From Candidatus Woesearchaeota archaeon (lineage in GTDB: Archaea; Nanobdellota; Nanobdellia; Woesearchaeales; UBA11576), in contig JABMQF010000011.1 in NCBI GenBank assembly GCA_013203345.1, positions 1-54,602 of the forward strand: DNA of 54,602 nt, written 5' to 3'. Shown here in pieces: positions 26,010 through 35,336 of this stretch (positions are counted from its first letter, which is position 1; each line of letters begins with the position of its first letter). Position numbers and translations under genes: made by a program. Under the pieces are notes generated by a model. It had not been told where the DNA came from. It worked only from the letters and a program-made list of their open reading frames with translations, and ran no database searches.

Positions 26010-26819
26010 TCAATTCAATTGTTTTCGTTTTGGTAAATAATTCTTATCAGAAACAACGATTTTTCCAATATTTTTCTCCAAGTCTTTTCTTGCTCTTCCT
26101 GCTACATTCCCTCCCTTGTTTGCTGAATCCTTACATTCAACAAAGCCCTGCGCGTCTTCCTGTTTTGTGATGTCTGTGGTGGCTTTTTCTCCAAACATTG
26201 TCAAGATAAGCTCCCAGTCAGTCATATGATCTCTCAAGTTCTGATTTCTGAGCTTCTTGAATTCCTTATATTCTCCAATTGTCTTTCCGAAGGTTGCTTT
26301 AGATATCTCATTAGTGAGAATTCCGAACTCTTTAGCAGTCTGCACATTCCTTTGCTTCCATTCATCTGTAAGATCCTGTCTAATAGCTATTCCACGAATC
26401 CGTTTATCTATCCATTCCTTGGGATACCCTTTCAGTTCATAGTATTGCTTGATTCTATCTTGTCCTAATTCAGGATTTTCAATCTCTACAATCCTCTCAT
26501 AACCTACTTGAGCAAGCCATTTCTTGAATGGTTCAGCTTTCTTTGAATGAATTGACTGGATTATCCGGAAGAGTGACTTGGTATTGGCACAGTCTGTCAA
26601 ATAAGACTTCCCATCTGATGAAGGCAACTTAAGTTGTACCCAAATTGGGGACAACTCAAGAGAGTTAAATTCACGATTCTTCACCTTACCCCAATATTGT
26701 CTCGGTGTAGGACTATCTGTCAGAACCTCAACAACATCAACAACAGAGAAATACCATTCATCATCGTGCCAGGTACGTCTGATATTCTTGTCCTGAAAGA
26801 CAACTAATCTATTTTCCAT
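26010..26819 (-). CDS. Bro-N domain / DinD-like (DNA-damage-inducible protein D family) protein
   Basis: I set the start at MENRLVVFQDKNIRRTWHDDEWYFSVVDVVEVL (Bro-N-like). The downstream ...KKWLAQVGYERI.EIENPE...RIKQYYELKGY...IRGIAIRQDLTDEW region resembles DinD-type proteins. The track ORF's extra 40 codons overlap the neighbouring gene. Confidence 0.75.
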   Translation of the reverse strand: MENRLVVFQDKNIRRTWHDDEWYFSVVDVVEVLTDSPTPRQYWGKVKNREFNSLELSPIWVQLKLPSSDGKSYLTDCANTKSLFRIIQSIHSKKAEPFKKWLAQVGYERIVEIENPELGQDRIKQYYELKGYPKEWIDKRIRGIAIRQDLTDEWKQRNVQTAKEFGILTNEISKATFGKTIGEYKEFKKLRNQNLRDHMTDWELILTMFGEKATTDITKQEDAQGFVECKDSANKGGNVAGRARKDLEKNIGKIVVSDKNYLPKRKQLN

Positions 26820-26995
26820 GAAAATATGTAAGGAATTGTCATTTATATAACCTGTGTCAATAAGTCCAGTGGATGTGAAAATTTCCGGAAGTTTCACACA
26901 CCTTGTCAAGGAGGGCCTGGCAAGCCTACAAAGATTCATTTCATGACTATTGGGGAGATGTCAACCAACTCGAAAGAGACCTATTCGCAATATAC

Positions 26996-27421
26996 ATGCA
27001 CGTAAAAAATGGAGGAGAGGGAATCACAGACCTACTCGATGTCGCACACTCACAAGAAGAAGAACTCAAAGAAATAGCATCAGATGAGTACTGCATAACC
27101 TGGTTAACACAACAAGAATACAATGCAGAAGCAAGCAAAATATTCAGCGAACAGGGCGGACGACACTACAACGAAGACCTTGCAAAGAAAATAATGGAAA
27201 TGAAAATCAACAGGATTGAAGATCTAATGGAGCCAGAAGTCACAATGACAAAAGATCAATTCCTTATACAGTGCTTATATGACTCAGAAAGACCTTGGAT
27301 CAAAGAAAACTACAGCAAAGAATCATACTACAAAGAATTCCTAATGGACATGAGATACGACAGACCTGAAGAATGGGAAATACTCAAATCTAACATATTT
27401 AAGAAAGCCAAAACAGCATAA
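26996..27421 (+). CDS. hypothetical protein (141 aa; start uncertain)
   Basis: This is the first in-frame ATG; the track ORF starts at TTG 26903. No motif recognised. Confidence 0.45.
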   Translation: MHVKNGGEGITDLLDVAHSQEEELKEIASDEYCITWLTQQEYNAEASKIFSEQGGRHYNEDLAKKIMEMKINRIEDLMEPEVTMTKDQFLIQCLYDSERPWIKENYSKESYYKEFLMDMRYDRPEEWEILKSNIFKKAKTA

Positions 27422-27428
27422 GAAAACC

Positions 27429-28202
27429 CTACTGCCCAGGCTTATTCACAAAGTTCTCTTTAATGAATGTTGCCATAGTATCATTACCTGCTGCAACATA
27501 GATATCATAAGCAGTCTTAACTAGCCCTTGTCTAATACATTCATCTCCAAGTTTTGTCAGCTTCTCAGAGTCATCCGCAAGTTGGTATGCTTTCGAGGCA
27601 TAGTTGAAAAATGGATGCTTAAAACAATTATCGCCTAGTTCTACTAATTTTTCTTTGCTATCTAAGTATGAAAAAATCTCTAGTGCTGAGTCCCATTTTT
27701 CTCTTTTCATACATTCATCTCCTACAAGCAGTAGTTTCTGTCTGTCATTAACCGCTTTGTATGCTTTGATTGCATCTGAGAATTTGCTTTCTTTGAGACA
27801 TTTATCTCCTACAATTGAGAGTTCAGCCAAATCTTCTGCTAGAACATACATATCCACTGCTTCTGAGAACATACCTATGTTCTCATAGTTCTTGCCGATT
27901 TTTGAAAGTTTAGACTTGTTGCCTATGAACATGAATGCTTTTATCGCTTCGTTGATCTTGCCTTTTTTGAGACATTCATCGCCTACTTCATTGAGTAGCT
28001 GCTCTCTAGTATTTTGATCAAACATGGATAGATTGACTGATTCTATTCCTTTCTCTATAAGTGCTGGAACGAGCTTGCCAAAATTCTTGATAGGGCTGGA
28101 CTCCATAGTCTCTTTTGTCTGTTCCACTATGTCATCAACGACTTTCTTTGCAGCAGAATCTTCATGTTTTGGTTCTTCTTGAGGCTGATCTTCTTCTAAC
28201 AT
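27429..28202 (-). CDS. repeat protein with about six 34-35-aa helical (TPR-like) GD.C repeats
   Basis: The recurring unit is (V/L)GD(E/K/N)C(L/M/I/F)K......A(I/L).(A/I)(Y/F).......KL... Confidence 0.8.
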   Translation of the reverse strand: MLEEDQPQEEPKHEDSAAKKVVDDIVEQTKETMESSPIKNFGKLVPALIEKGIESVNLSMFDQNTREQLLNEVGDECLKKGKINEAIKAFMFIGNKSKLSKIGKNYENIGMFSEAVDMYVLAEDLAELSIVGDKCLKESKFSDAIKAYKAVNDRQKLLLVGDECMKREKWDSALEIFSYLDSKEKLVELGDNCFKHPFFNYASKAYQLADDSEKLTKLGDECIRQGLVKTAYDIYVAAGNDTMATFIKENFVNKPGQ

Positions 28203-28326
28203 TTTAGGACCTCTGTTTTGGCTTTATGCGATAACAATTCATTTATTAATTTATAAAACTATCTCTTTGATTTTTTGTGATATTATGATCGTACAAAAAA
28301 AAGGATAAAAAAAATATTTTATGGCA

Positions 28327-29238
28327 TCAGAACTCAATCTCGACTTCCGGTACCCTATTGACGTCTTCTACAGTCACAGTTACTTCCTGTGTTACGGTGG
28401 ATATGCCGTCTGTTGCAGACACTACAACTTTGTGGGTTCCCGAATCACCATAGTCTGTTGTCTTTGTAGAACTGCTCATCCAGCCAGAGTAGGAATAGGT
28501 TATCCTGTCTCCGTCACCATCTGTTGACTTAGGGGTGAGCACAACTGTGTCTCCCTCTTCTACATTGATATCAGCTATGAATGCAAGTACTGGTTTGTTG
28601 TTCTTTGGTTCCACTATTAGCTTGACCTTGTTAATGACTTCTTCCTTGCCATCTGACACTGTGATTTCAGGATAATATACTCCCTGATCACCTACTCTTG
28701 TCTGCCACTCACCATCTTCGTCAAGTGGTTGTGTGAAAGTATATGTCAGCTCATCACCATCTGCGTCTGTTGCTTTGACTGCGATATTGACAAGTTCTCC
28801 TTCAGTTACTATTAATGTTGGAAGGTCTTCTTCAACAATTGGTCTATAGGGCGATCTTGTGAAGCTTTCTTCATCATCTTCTTCAGCTTCATCAACAACA
28901 ACCTCTTCGTCTTCAACAGGTGCTGTCCTACTTGTTGGCTTAAAGGACTTCACTACAGGCTCATCAGCTTCTTCAGCTTCTCCAGCTTCTCCAGCTTCAT
29001 CAGCTTCTCCAGCTCCATCTACATCTTCAGCTTCATCAAGTCCTTCATCAACCTCTTCCCACCAATCATCATTATCAAACTCATCATCTCCAAGATCAGT
29101 TACATCTATCTCGACATCTTCAACTGCATCTTCAGGAGCCTTGTATGTTGGGGGCTGATAGCCCTGGCACCCAATGATTGATAGTGTTATGATTAGAATT
29201 CCGAGAAATACCAGTGAATTCACATAATTTTTTTTCAT
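28327..29238 (-). CDS. lipoprotein-type exported protein with acidic linker and two cadherin/PKD-like Ig domains
   Basis: It has a signal peptide with a lipobox-like LSIIGC, a D/E/A-rich low-complexity block, and two modules with TDADGDELTYTF / TDGDGDRITYSY and ...VSDG / ..ATDG motifs. Confidence 0.85.
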   Translation of the reverse strand: MKKNYVNSLVFLGILIITLSIIGCQGYQPPTYKAPEDAVEDVEIDVTDLGDDEFDNDDWWEEVDEGLDEAEDVDGAGEADEAGEAGEAEEADEPVVKSFKPTSRTAPVEDEEVVVDEAEEDDEESFTRSPYRPIVEEDLPTLIVTEGELVNIAVKATDADGDELTYTFTQPLDEDGEWQTRVGDQGVYYPEITVSDGKEEVINKVKLIVEPKNNKPVLAFIADINVEEGDTVVLTPKSTDGDGDRITYSYSGWMSSSTKTTDYGDSGTHKVVVSATDGISTVTQEVTVTVEDVNRVPEVEIEF

Positions 29239-29473
29239 TTACAAACCACCTCAGCGTGTTTTTTTGGGAAAGTTATCACGCAAGAATAGGGCATTCTTAT
29301 ATAAATTTTGTGGTAGTAAAAAAATTCTTTTTGTTAGTCCTTATTTGGAGACACAGGCTATTTTTATGTTTTACGCATTTCTTTCAAGTATTTTATGATT
29401 GATTTAAACTGATTTATGTATCACATTGACTTCAAATAATTTTTTTCGTCTCAGGTGTATGGTTAAAAACCTA

Positions 29474-29481
29474 TTTATACA
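29474..29481 (+). promoter_or_regulatory. TATA-like box TTTATACA for rad50
   Basis: It ends 21 nt upstream of ATG 29502, with no SD. Confidence 0.4.
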
Positions 29482-29501
29482 AATGTGTTTTTTTATATTC
29501 T

Positions 29502-31970
29502 ATGATTCTACATTCAATACGTATGAGGAACATCAGAAGCTATACTGATGAGAAACTGGTTTTCCCTGAAGGTTCTATACTTCTTGCAGGCGATATAGGC
29601 AGTGGGAAGTCTTCAATACTCCATTCTATAGAGTTTGCATTGTTTGGTGCGAGAAGGGATTCTATATCTGGCGATGCTCTTTTAAGAAAAGGTAAAGATG
29701 ATGGTGAAGTCGAGCTTAATTTTCAGGTAGAAGGTAAAGATGTTGTAATTCTACGGAAGCTTAAGCGTCGTCGCGATTCTGTGGCACAGGAAGCTGGTTT
29801 CATAATTATTGACAACAAAAAGTTAGAATGTACTCCAACAGAACTTAAGGCAAGAATATTGAACCTCCTTGGCTATCCTAAGGAGATGCTGACAAAGTCA
29901 AAGTCATTAGTCTATAGATATACAGTATACACTCCTCAAGAAGAGATGAAACACATTCTGCTTGAAGGGCATGAGCAACGCGTCGACACATTAAGAAAGG
30001 TTTTTGGTATTGACCGTTATAAGCGCGTAGCTGAAAACTCAGGATTCTATGCGCGTTCGCTAAAAGAGCGCAGAAAAGTTTTGGCAGGGGTTGCACAAGG
30101 TCTTGATGAGAAGATTACTGAGTTGAAGTCAAGACAGGTTGTATTGGATGCTGCAAAGCAACGCGTACAAGATCTTACACCAAAACTCGAATACGTAAGG
30201 TCTGTGAAAAAAGAAAAGTTATCTGAGCTTGATGTGATTGAGACAGAACGTTCACAGCTTGAAGATTCAAAAAAGAAATCTGGCATACTTGAGGCGCGGC
30301 TTATGGAGATTGTTAAGCAGCGTAGCAGAAACAATTCTGAGATGGAAGAGATTAACGCAGGTATAAAACATCTTAATGACAAGCTGGAATCTGTTGATGA
30401 AAAAGAATACCCTCTTTCAGATGCGATTGAAAAGAATATTGTTAGTAAGGAAAATGAGCTGGCAGATCTGAATGCAAAGATGAGTGCGCTTGCAGAAAGA
30501 GCTAAGCAGATTGACTCTCGCATTGCGCAAATGAATAAGGATATAGAGATAAAATCGTCAAGGGTATCTGCAGCAGAAGATAAACGTAAAGCGGTTGGTC
30601 TTATCATGGCTGAACTTTCTATTAAAGATAACGTGTCATCTGAGCTTGAGTCAATAGGAAAAAATCTGGCAGAAATATCAACATCAATAACTAAAAACTC
30701 GACTTCATTGAACTCATCAAATAATCTTAAGGCAGAGATATCAGGGCTTGATGAATGTCCTACTTGCAGACAGAAAGTAGATGCAGTTCACAAGAGCTCT
30801 ATAATTGATACTGAAGATAGGAAAATTGCAAAGCTTGTTTCAGAGATTGGATCACTTGAAAAAGATAAAGCAAGTACACAATCAAAAGTCAATGATTTGT
30901 CAGAGAAACTAAAGCAGCTTGTGATTAAAGAAAATGGACTTGCTGTTCTTAAGGTAGAACTTAACAACATTTATTCTGTTGAAAAGGAACTCAAAGAGAC
31001 AAGGCGTCTTTGTGAAGAATACACAACAGAAAGAAAAAGAATATCCAATGATTCTGCAGATAACACCCACAGCGAAAAACTTTCTATTGATATCAGAAAA
31101 GGAAAGGATTTACTCAAAGAGATAAGAAGATATGAGATACTTTTAAGTGAAAAAAAGCATAACCTGGAACTTGTTGCTGAAAAACAGAAGAGAAAAGATG
31201 AGCTTACATCTCTTCAGGACAGTTTGCGCCAGGAAGTTGGACTGATAAATAATGAGAAGCGTTTGCTAAGTGAGAAGATGTTAGGACTGTCTTCTGTTGC
31301 TGAACGGTTTGCGCTTGGCAAAGAGGTTTTTGAGCGCATCTTGTCTGAAGAAAAGGAATTAGAAGTTGAGATTGGAAAGGCAGGCAAGGAGGCAGAAGCT
31401 CTTGCAAGCATTGTGAGTTCTATTGAAAAGGATGTCAAGTCAAAAGAGGATGCTCTAAGAGAGCACGGCAGACTAGGTATTCTGCTTGAATGGATAGAGA
31501 AAATTTTCATGCGTTTGATGGGTGTTATGGAACGTCAGGTGCTTGCCAGGGTTCATGGACAGTTCAGCGAACTTTTTTCGTCATGGTTTAGAATTATGAT
31601 AGAAGATGAGGTAATTTCTGTACGGCTTGATGATTCTTTCTATCCTGTTGTTTCTCAGAATGGACATGAGACAAATCTTGAATCGCTCAGTGGTGGTGAG
31701 AAGACATCTATTGCTCTTGCGTACAGGCTTGCGCTTAATAGAGTAATAAATGACATGATAAGCAGTATCCGAACAAGGAGCCTTCTGATACTTGATGAGC
31801 CTACTGATGGTTTCTCTTCTGATCAGCTTGATCGCGTACGAAATGTTCTTGATGAGCTTAACACAAGACAGACAATAATTGTGAGTCATGAATCCAAGAT
31901 AGAAAGCTTTGTAGACCACATAATTCACATAAACAAAGATGAACACATAAGCAGAGTTATAAGAAATTGA
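29502..31970 (+). CDS. rad50: Rad50-type SMC-like DNA double-strand-break repair ATPase
   Basis: Walker A GDIGSGKSS, long coiled coil, zinc hook CPTC (LDECPTCRQKV), signature LSGGEKTSIALAYRLAL, Walker B LLILDEPTDG, and H-loop IIVSHE. Confidence 0.92.
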   Translation: MILHSIRMRNIRSYTDEKLVFPEGSILLAGDIGSGKSSILHSIEFALFGARRDSISGDALLRKGKDDGEVELNFQVEGKDVVILRKLKRRRDSVAQEAGFIIIDNKKLECTPTELKARILNLLGYPKEMLTKSKSLVYRYTVYTPQEEMKHILLEGHEQRVDTLRKVFGIDRYKRVAENSGFYARSLKERRKVLAGVAQGLDEKITELKSRQVVLDAAKQRVQDLTPKLEYVRSVKKEKLSELDVIETERSQLEDSKKKSGILEARLMEIVKQRSRNNSEMEEINAGIKHLNDKLESVDEKEYPLSDAIEKNIVSKENELADLNAKMSALAERAKQIDSRIAQMNKDIEIKSSRVSAAEDKRKAVGLIMAELSIKDNVSSELESIGKNLAEISTSITKNSTSLNSSNNLKAEISGLDECPTCRQKVDAVHKSSIIDTEDRKIAKLVSEIGSLEKDKASTQSKVNDLSEKLKQLVIKENGLAVLKVELNNIYSVEKELKETRRLCEEYTTERKRISNDSADNTHSEKLSIDIRKGKDLLKEIRRYEILLSEKKHNLELVAEKQKRKDELTSLQDSLRQEVGLINNEKRLLSEKMLGLSSVAERFALGKEVFERILSEEKELEVEIGKAGKEAEALASIVSSIEKDVKSKEDALREHGRLGILLEWIEKIFMRLMGVMERQVLARVHGQFSELFSSWFRIMIEDEVISVRLDDSFYPVVSQNGHETNLESLSGGEKTSIALAYRLALNRVINDMISSIRTRSLLILDEPTDGFSSDQLDRVRNVLDELNTRQTIIVSHESKIESFVDHIIHINKDEHISRVIRN

Positions 31971-31983
31971 TAAATCAACAAGC

Positions 31984-32253
31984 AAGTCAATACTAATTCT
32001 ACCACAAACCACAACAACAACACAGCACACAACACAAACCACAACCACTCACACCCTGCCAATACCCGCACAACCAACAATTACAGCAACACCCCTGCCT
32101 GTGCTACTGCTGCCACCTAGCGAGCCTAAACCTCTAACTTAAAAAAACCTAACGCAGTTGGGCGAACACATCAAAAACCACAGCAGTGCGAGCGTGGCAG
32201 CAGTTATTGCACAGGCAGGGAAAAACTGCTAAGTCAGAAAATCTGAAGAATCC
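31984..32253 (-). repeat. GC-rich dispersed element, copy B (inverted relative to copy A)
   Basis: The reverse complement aligns with 7402-7678. Its arms CCCTGCCTGTGC...ACTGCTGCCAC and GTGGCAGCAGT...GCACAGGCAGGG pair with each other and differ from copy A by compensatory changes. A CA-rich tail lies at 31999-32056. Confidence 0.85.
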
Positions 32254-32306
32254 ATGCCAGAAAAACTAAAAAATTCAACTTCCCAACTTCTTTACAGTAT
32301 TCTTGT

Positions 32307-32693
32307 TTGATTGATTTTGTCGAAAGGTTTAAATATGCAATTACGCAAGAACCGTTTATAGAGGTGCTATTCTTGAAACGCCCACAAAAAAAACCAACAA
32401 TAATCAAAATTCCTGAAACACCCCATCCACATGAGGTGCCGTATCATAAACTTACAAATCTTAGTAGGAAATACATTAATTGGAAAAAAATAATGATAGC
32501 AGTCATATTCATACTTCTTGTTTTCATGGTTCTGAACGTAATTGTCTCAAGTCCATTCATAACAGGTTACGCTGTTTCAGGTGATAACAGCCTTAATCAG
32601 GAAAGGTTCATGGGCACTGCTTCACTTCTTGCAGTCATATTTGCATTCTTCACACTGTTCATACTTATTGTGAACAAAAAGGTGAAGAGGTAA
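32307..32693 (+). CDS. hypothetical membrane protein (start uncertain)
   Basis: The ORF is TTG-initiated and the first in-frame ATG lies only at the TM region (MIAVIFILLVF). It has two TM segments. Confidence 0.4.
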   Translation: MIDFVERFKYAITQEPFIEVLFLKRPQKKPTIIKIPETPHPHEVPYHKLTNLSRKYINWKKIMIAVIFILLVFMVLNVIVSSPFITGYAVSGDNSLNQERFMGTASLLAVIFAFFTLFILIVNKKVKR

Positions 32694-32712
32694 TTCTCAA
32701 AAAAATAAAAGA

Positions 32713-32964
32713 TTATTTGGCCAGCTTGTTGTATACATACACAAATGCGTACACTATTACAAAGCCAATTATTGCAGCTTCAATCATCCCTGTAATGATT
32801 CCGACAATACTGAGTGAGAAGAACATGTGCCATTGCTTCATCATATCAACAGCGCCAGTGTAGATACCCAGTTTACCAAAAATTCCTAACAGCAACATCA
32901 ATGCAGCTGAGACAATCGCTGCAGCAAGACCTGCAGGCAAACATTTGCATTTCTCTTTAGCCAT
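32713..32964 (-). CDS. small membrane protein (83 aa, 2-3 TM)
   Basis: The start MAKEKCKC has AGAGGTG 6 nt upstream. It has hydrophobic helices. Confidence 0.65.
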   Translation of the reverse strand: MAKEKCKCLPAGLAAAIVSAALMLLLGIFGKLGIYTGAVDMMKQWHMFFSLSIVGIITGMIEAAIIGFVIVYAFVYVYNKLAK

Positions 32965-33076
32965 ATTTTCACCTCTAAATTCATTCAACAACTTTTTTCA
33001 ATCTGAATTGCTATCTATTTAAGATCAACATAATCAATAATTCCCATAGCATCAACAGATTTCTTGTAGCCATAAT

Positions 33077-33292
33077 TCACTTTTTCTTATGTGGTTTGAC
33101 AAGCCAGTTATGTGTTAGCCAGAATATGACTGAAAACACTAATGCTCCAATCATAAAGTATAACAATCCTAAAATACCCATTCCAAACCATCCTGCTCCA
33201 CCCATCATACCCCAATCACCCATCATACCATAGTCTGCAAGAACAGCAGGTACCAACAGGAGAAACATAGACAACAATATTGCTTTTTTCAT
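33077..33292 (-). CDS. small exported/membrane protein with Met/Gly-rich motif (71 aa)
   Basis: The start MKKAILL has GAGGTG 6 nt upstream. It has a signal peptide, then DYGMMGDWGMMGGAGWFGMG, then a TM segment. Confidence 0.65.
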   Translation of the reverse strand: MKKAILLSMFLLLVPAVLADYGMMGDWGMMGGAGWFGMGILGLLYFMIGALVFSVIFWLTHNWLVKPHKKK

Positions 33293-33398
33293 AAGGAACA
33301 CCTCGTAGGTCTTATATGGTTCAAAAGTATTTAAAAGTATTTAAAAAGTACAATTAGATGATAAGTTAGGCTATCACAGCCCCACTCATCAGCGATGT

Positions 33399-33656
33399 CT
33401 AGCCACGCCAGCCCATCATACCGCTCATACTACTAAGACCATAGCTATTTGTGCATCCTTCATGTAGTGGATCCGTCTGCTCAGAATCCAAACTTTCAGT
33501 CATGGAATCATGTATTTCATCCATACCCTCAAGACTCAACAAATGCCCAAACATATTCCACCTCGAATTACTCGACTCCAAATCACCTTCATAGGAATAT
33601 ACTGCAACAGCCAAAAGCAAAAAAGCGGCAAACACAACTAAAATATTCTTTCTCAT
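33399..33656 (-). CDS. small exported protein, His/Met-containing, ends in MSGMMGWRG (85 aa)
   Basis: The start is MRKNILVVFAAFLLLAVAV (signal peptide), with GGTGA upstream. It lies 5 nt after the stop of the preceding gene. Confidence 0.6.
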   Translation of the reverse strand: MRKNILVVFAAFLLLAVAVYSYEGDLESSNSRWNMFGHLLSLEGMDEIHDSMTESLDSEQTDPLHEGCTNSYGLSSMSGMMGWRG

Positions 33657-33661
33657 CTCAA

Positions 33662-33895
33662 TCACCTTCTGTTACGAGAAACATAATTGTCCATCAATGT
33701 CTGGTAAAGCTCAGCATTATCTCCTGCCGCAAACCTATAATATTTCTTCATACATTCAGGGTTGTCATGGACCAAAGAGGTAGGAGATTCCTTAGGATAG
33801 CACGAAACAAAATCATCCAAACTCATACTCACAAAAAATCCATTTTCATAAACTTCTACCTCCTCACAACACATGTAGTGATTAACTTCTACCAT
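33662..33895 (-). CDS. small Cys-containing cytoplasmic protein (77 aa)
   Basis: I set the start at the third Met (MVEVNHYMCCEE) because GAGGTG lies 6 nt upstream, the same spacing as in the neighbouring genes. Confidence 0.55.
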   Translation of the reverse strand: MVEVNHYMCCEEVEVYENGFFVSMSLDDFVSCYPKESPTSLVHDNPECMKKYYRFAAGDNAELYQTLMDNYVSRNRR

Positions 33896-34272
33896 CTGCA
33901 TCACCTCATCAAAACACCATTTTAACTATTTCCTACCAAATTACTCCTAATTCTTATCTGCCCCGTTTCATCGACTTCCCAATGGTAAATATCTCCCACT
34001 AGGAAATTTTCCCAAATTAGATTATCGCTGTTCACTTACTAACCCCTCTGAAATGATTTTCTGCAAAAACATGTCAGGTAATACAATACCAAAACGGTCC
34101 CAGTACAGAACCCTTTGTTCTTTCATCAACAATTCTTTTGCTACGTCCATTGCGACTCACCTCGTGAATATAAGAATAGTAAGATCCACGTCACTTAAAT
34201 AAAATATTAAAGAAAAATCAGAACAAACTTGCATAAAGCTTAAAAAGGTCAATATACTATTTTTAAAGCAAG

Positions 34273-34935
34273 ATGGGATACCTATTCGCAACACCGAGCT
34301 GGTTCTTTGGCATAGATATTGCATTAGAACTAGCTTTCGCAGTAATTACATTAGCAGTGGGTCTGTACTCATACAAAGTCTATAAATTATCAGGTAAAAA
34401 CCAGGTGAAAACATTCAGCATAGCATTCAGTCTGATATCTGTTTCTTATCTTATACAATCAATCACAAACTTTCTTATCCTATCAAAACTGAATGAAAAT
34501 GTATGTAGAGCATTCAATATAGCCAGCATCAATACGCTTAACAACATAGGATTTTATGCATACATGCTCTTTTTCACAATAGGACTGTTGACCTTGACTC
34601 ACACAACATTAAGAAGTAAAAATGAGAGAATTTACCCTCTCATGTTTGCAGTGACGTTTCTAGCAATCCTATTCAGCACAAACCAATTATACATATTTTA
34701 TCTGCTTGCATCAACACTCCTTACCTACATGGTATGGCATTACTTCCAAAACTACATTAAGAATAAACAGACAAAGACTTTAATTGTGTTAGTTGCATTT
34801 GTATTCCTGCTGTTTGGAAGACTGCATTTCCTTGTAAGTGTAAATCACAGCCTGTTCTACATGATAGGTCACTTCCTTGAATTAGTCGCATACATCCTAA
34901 TCCTTATTAATCTGATACTAGTCATACGAAAATGA
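34273..34935 (+). CDS. integral membrane protein (about 6 TM)
   Basis: 220-aa hydrophobic ORF whose stop overlaps the next start (ATGA). Confidence 0.7.
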   Translation: MGYLFATPSWFFGIDIALELAFAVITLAVGLYSYKVYKLSGKNQVKTFSIAFSLISVSYLIQSITNFLILSKLNENVCRAFNIASINTLNNIGFYAYMLFFTIGLLTLTHTTLRSKNERIYPLMFAVTFLAILFSTNQLYIFYLLASTLLTYMVWHYFQNYIKNKQTKTLIVLVAFVFLLFGRLHFLVSVNHSLFYMIGHFLELVAYILILINLILVIRK

Positions 34936-35210
34936 ACCAAAAAAGAAATCGACTTACAGTAATTCATGACATACTAAGAGTCATCCAGAAAAAGAACAGT
35001 AAGATAAAGCCGACACATATCATCTACAAGGCAAATCTCTCTCACGCAATGCTCGAAGAATACATGAAAGAGATGATAGAGAAAGGATTTGTAGAAGAGC
35101 AAAAACAGAAAAAAGGAAAGACATACTCGCTGACCGAAAAAGGATTTAATTTTCTAAAAGAATACAAAACAATAACTGCATTTCTGGAATCATACGGATT
35201 AGGAGACTAA
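34932..35210 (+). CDS. winged-helix DNA-binding protein (archaeal wHTH type)
   Basis: The segment ...IYKANLSHAMLEEYMKEMIEKGFVEE....GKTYSLTEKGFNFL.. is a typical small archaeal wHTH layout. Confidence 0.65.
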   Translation: MNQKRNRLTVIHDILRVIQKKNSKIKPTHIIYKANLSHAMLEEYMKEMIEKGFVEEQKQKKGKTYSLTEKGFNFLKEYKTITAFLESYGLGD

Positions 35211-35234
35211 CATCAAAAGACAATAAAAATAGGG
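35207..35234. repeat. left copy of a 28-nt direct repeat (26/28) matching the tRNA-Pro 3' end/trailer
   Basis: CTAACATCAAAAGACAATAAAAATAGGG compared with 39741-39768 CTGACATCAAAAGACAATAAAAATGGGG. It overlaps the stop codon of the wHTH gene. Confidence 0.85.
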
Positions 35235-35336
35235 TGTTTGCCCTGTTGTACTAAATTTTGTTTGTTTTCTTCATGCGTCTACACTTTCCTCCATATATAT
35301 TAATCACCAATTTTAGAGAATTTTAGTTCATGTTTT

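Noticed and set aside
31581-32048. 155-aa minus-strand ORF (MVVVCVVCCVVVVVC...)
   Set aside because: It is the antisense translation of the rad50 3' end plus the CA-rich tail of element copy B, giving a low-complexity artefact.
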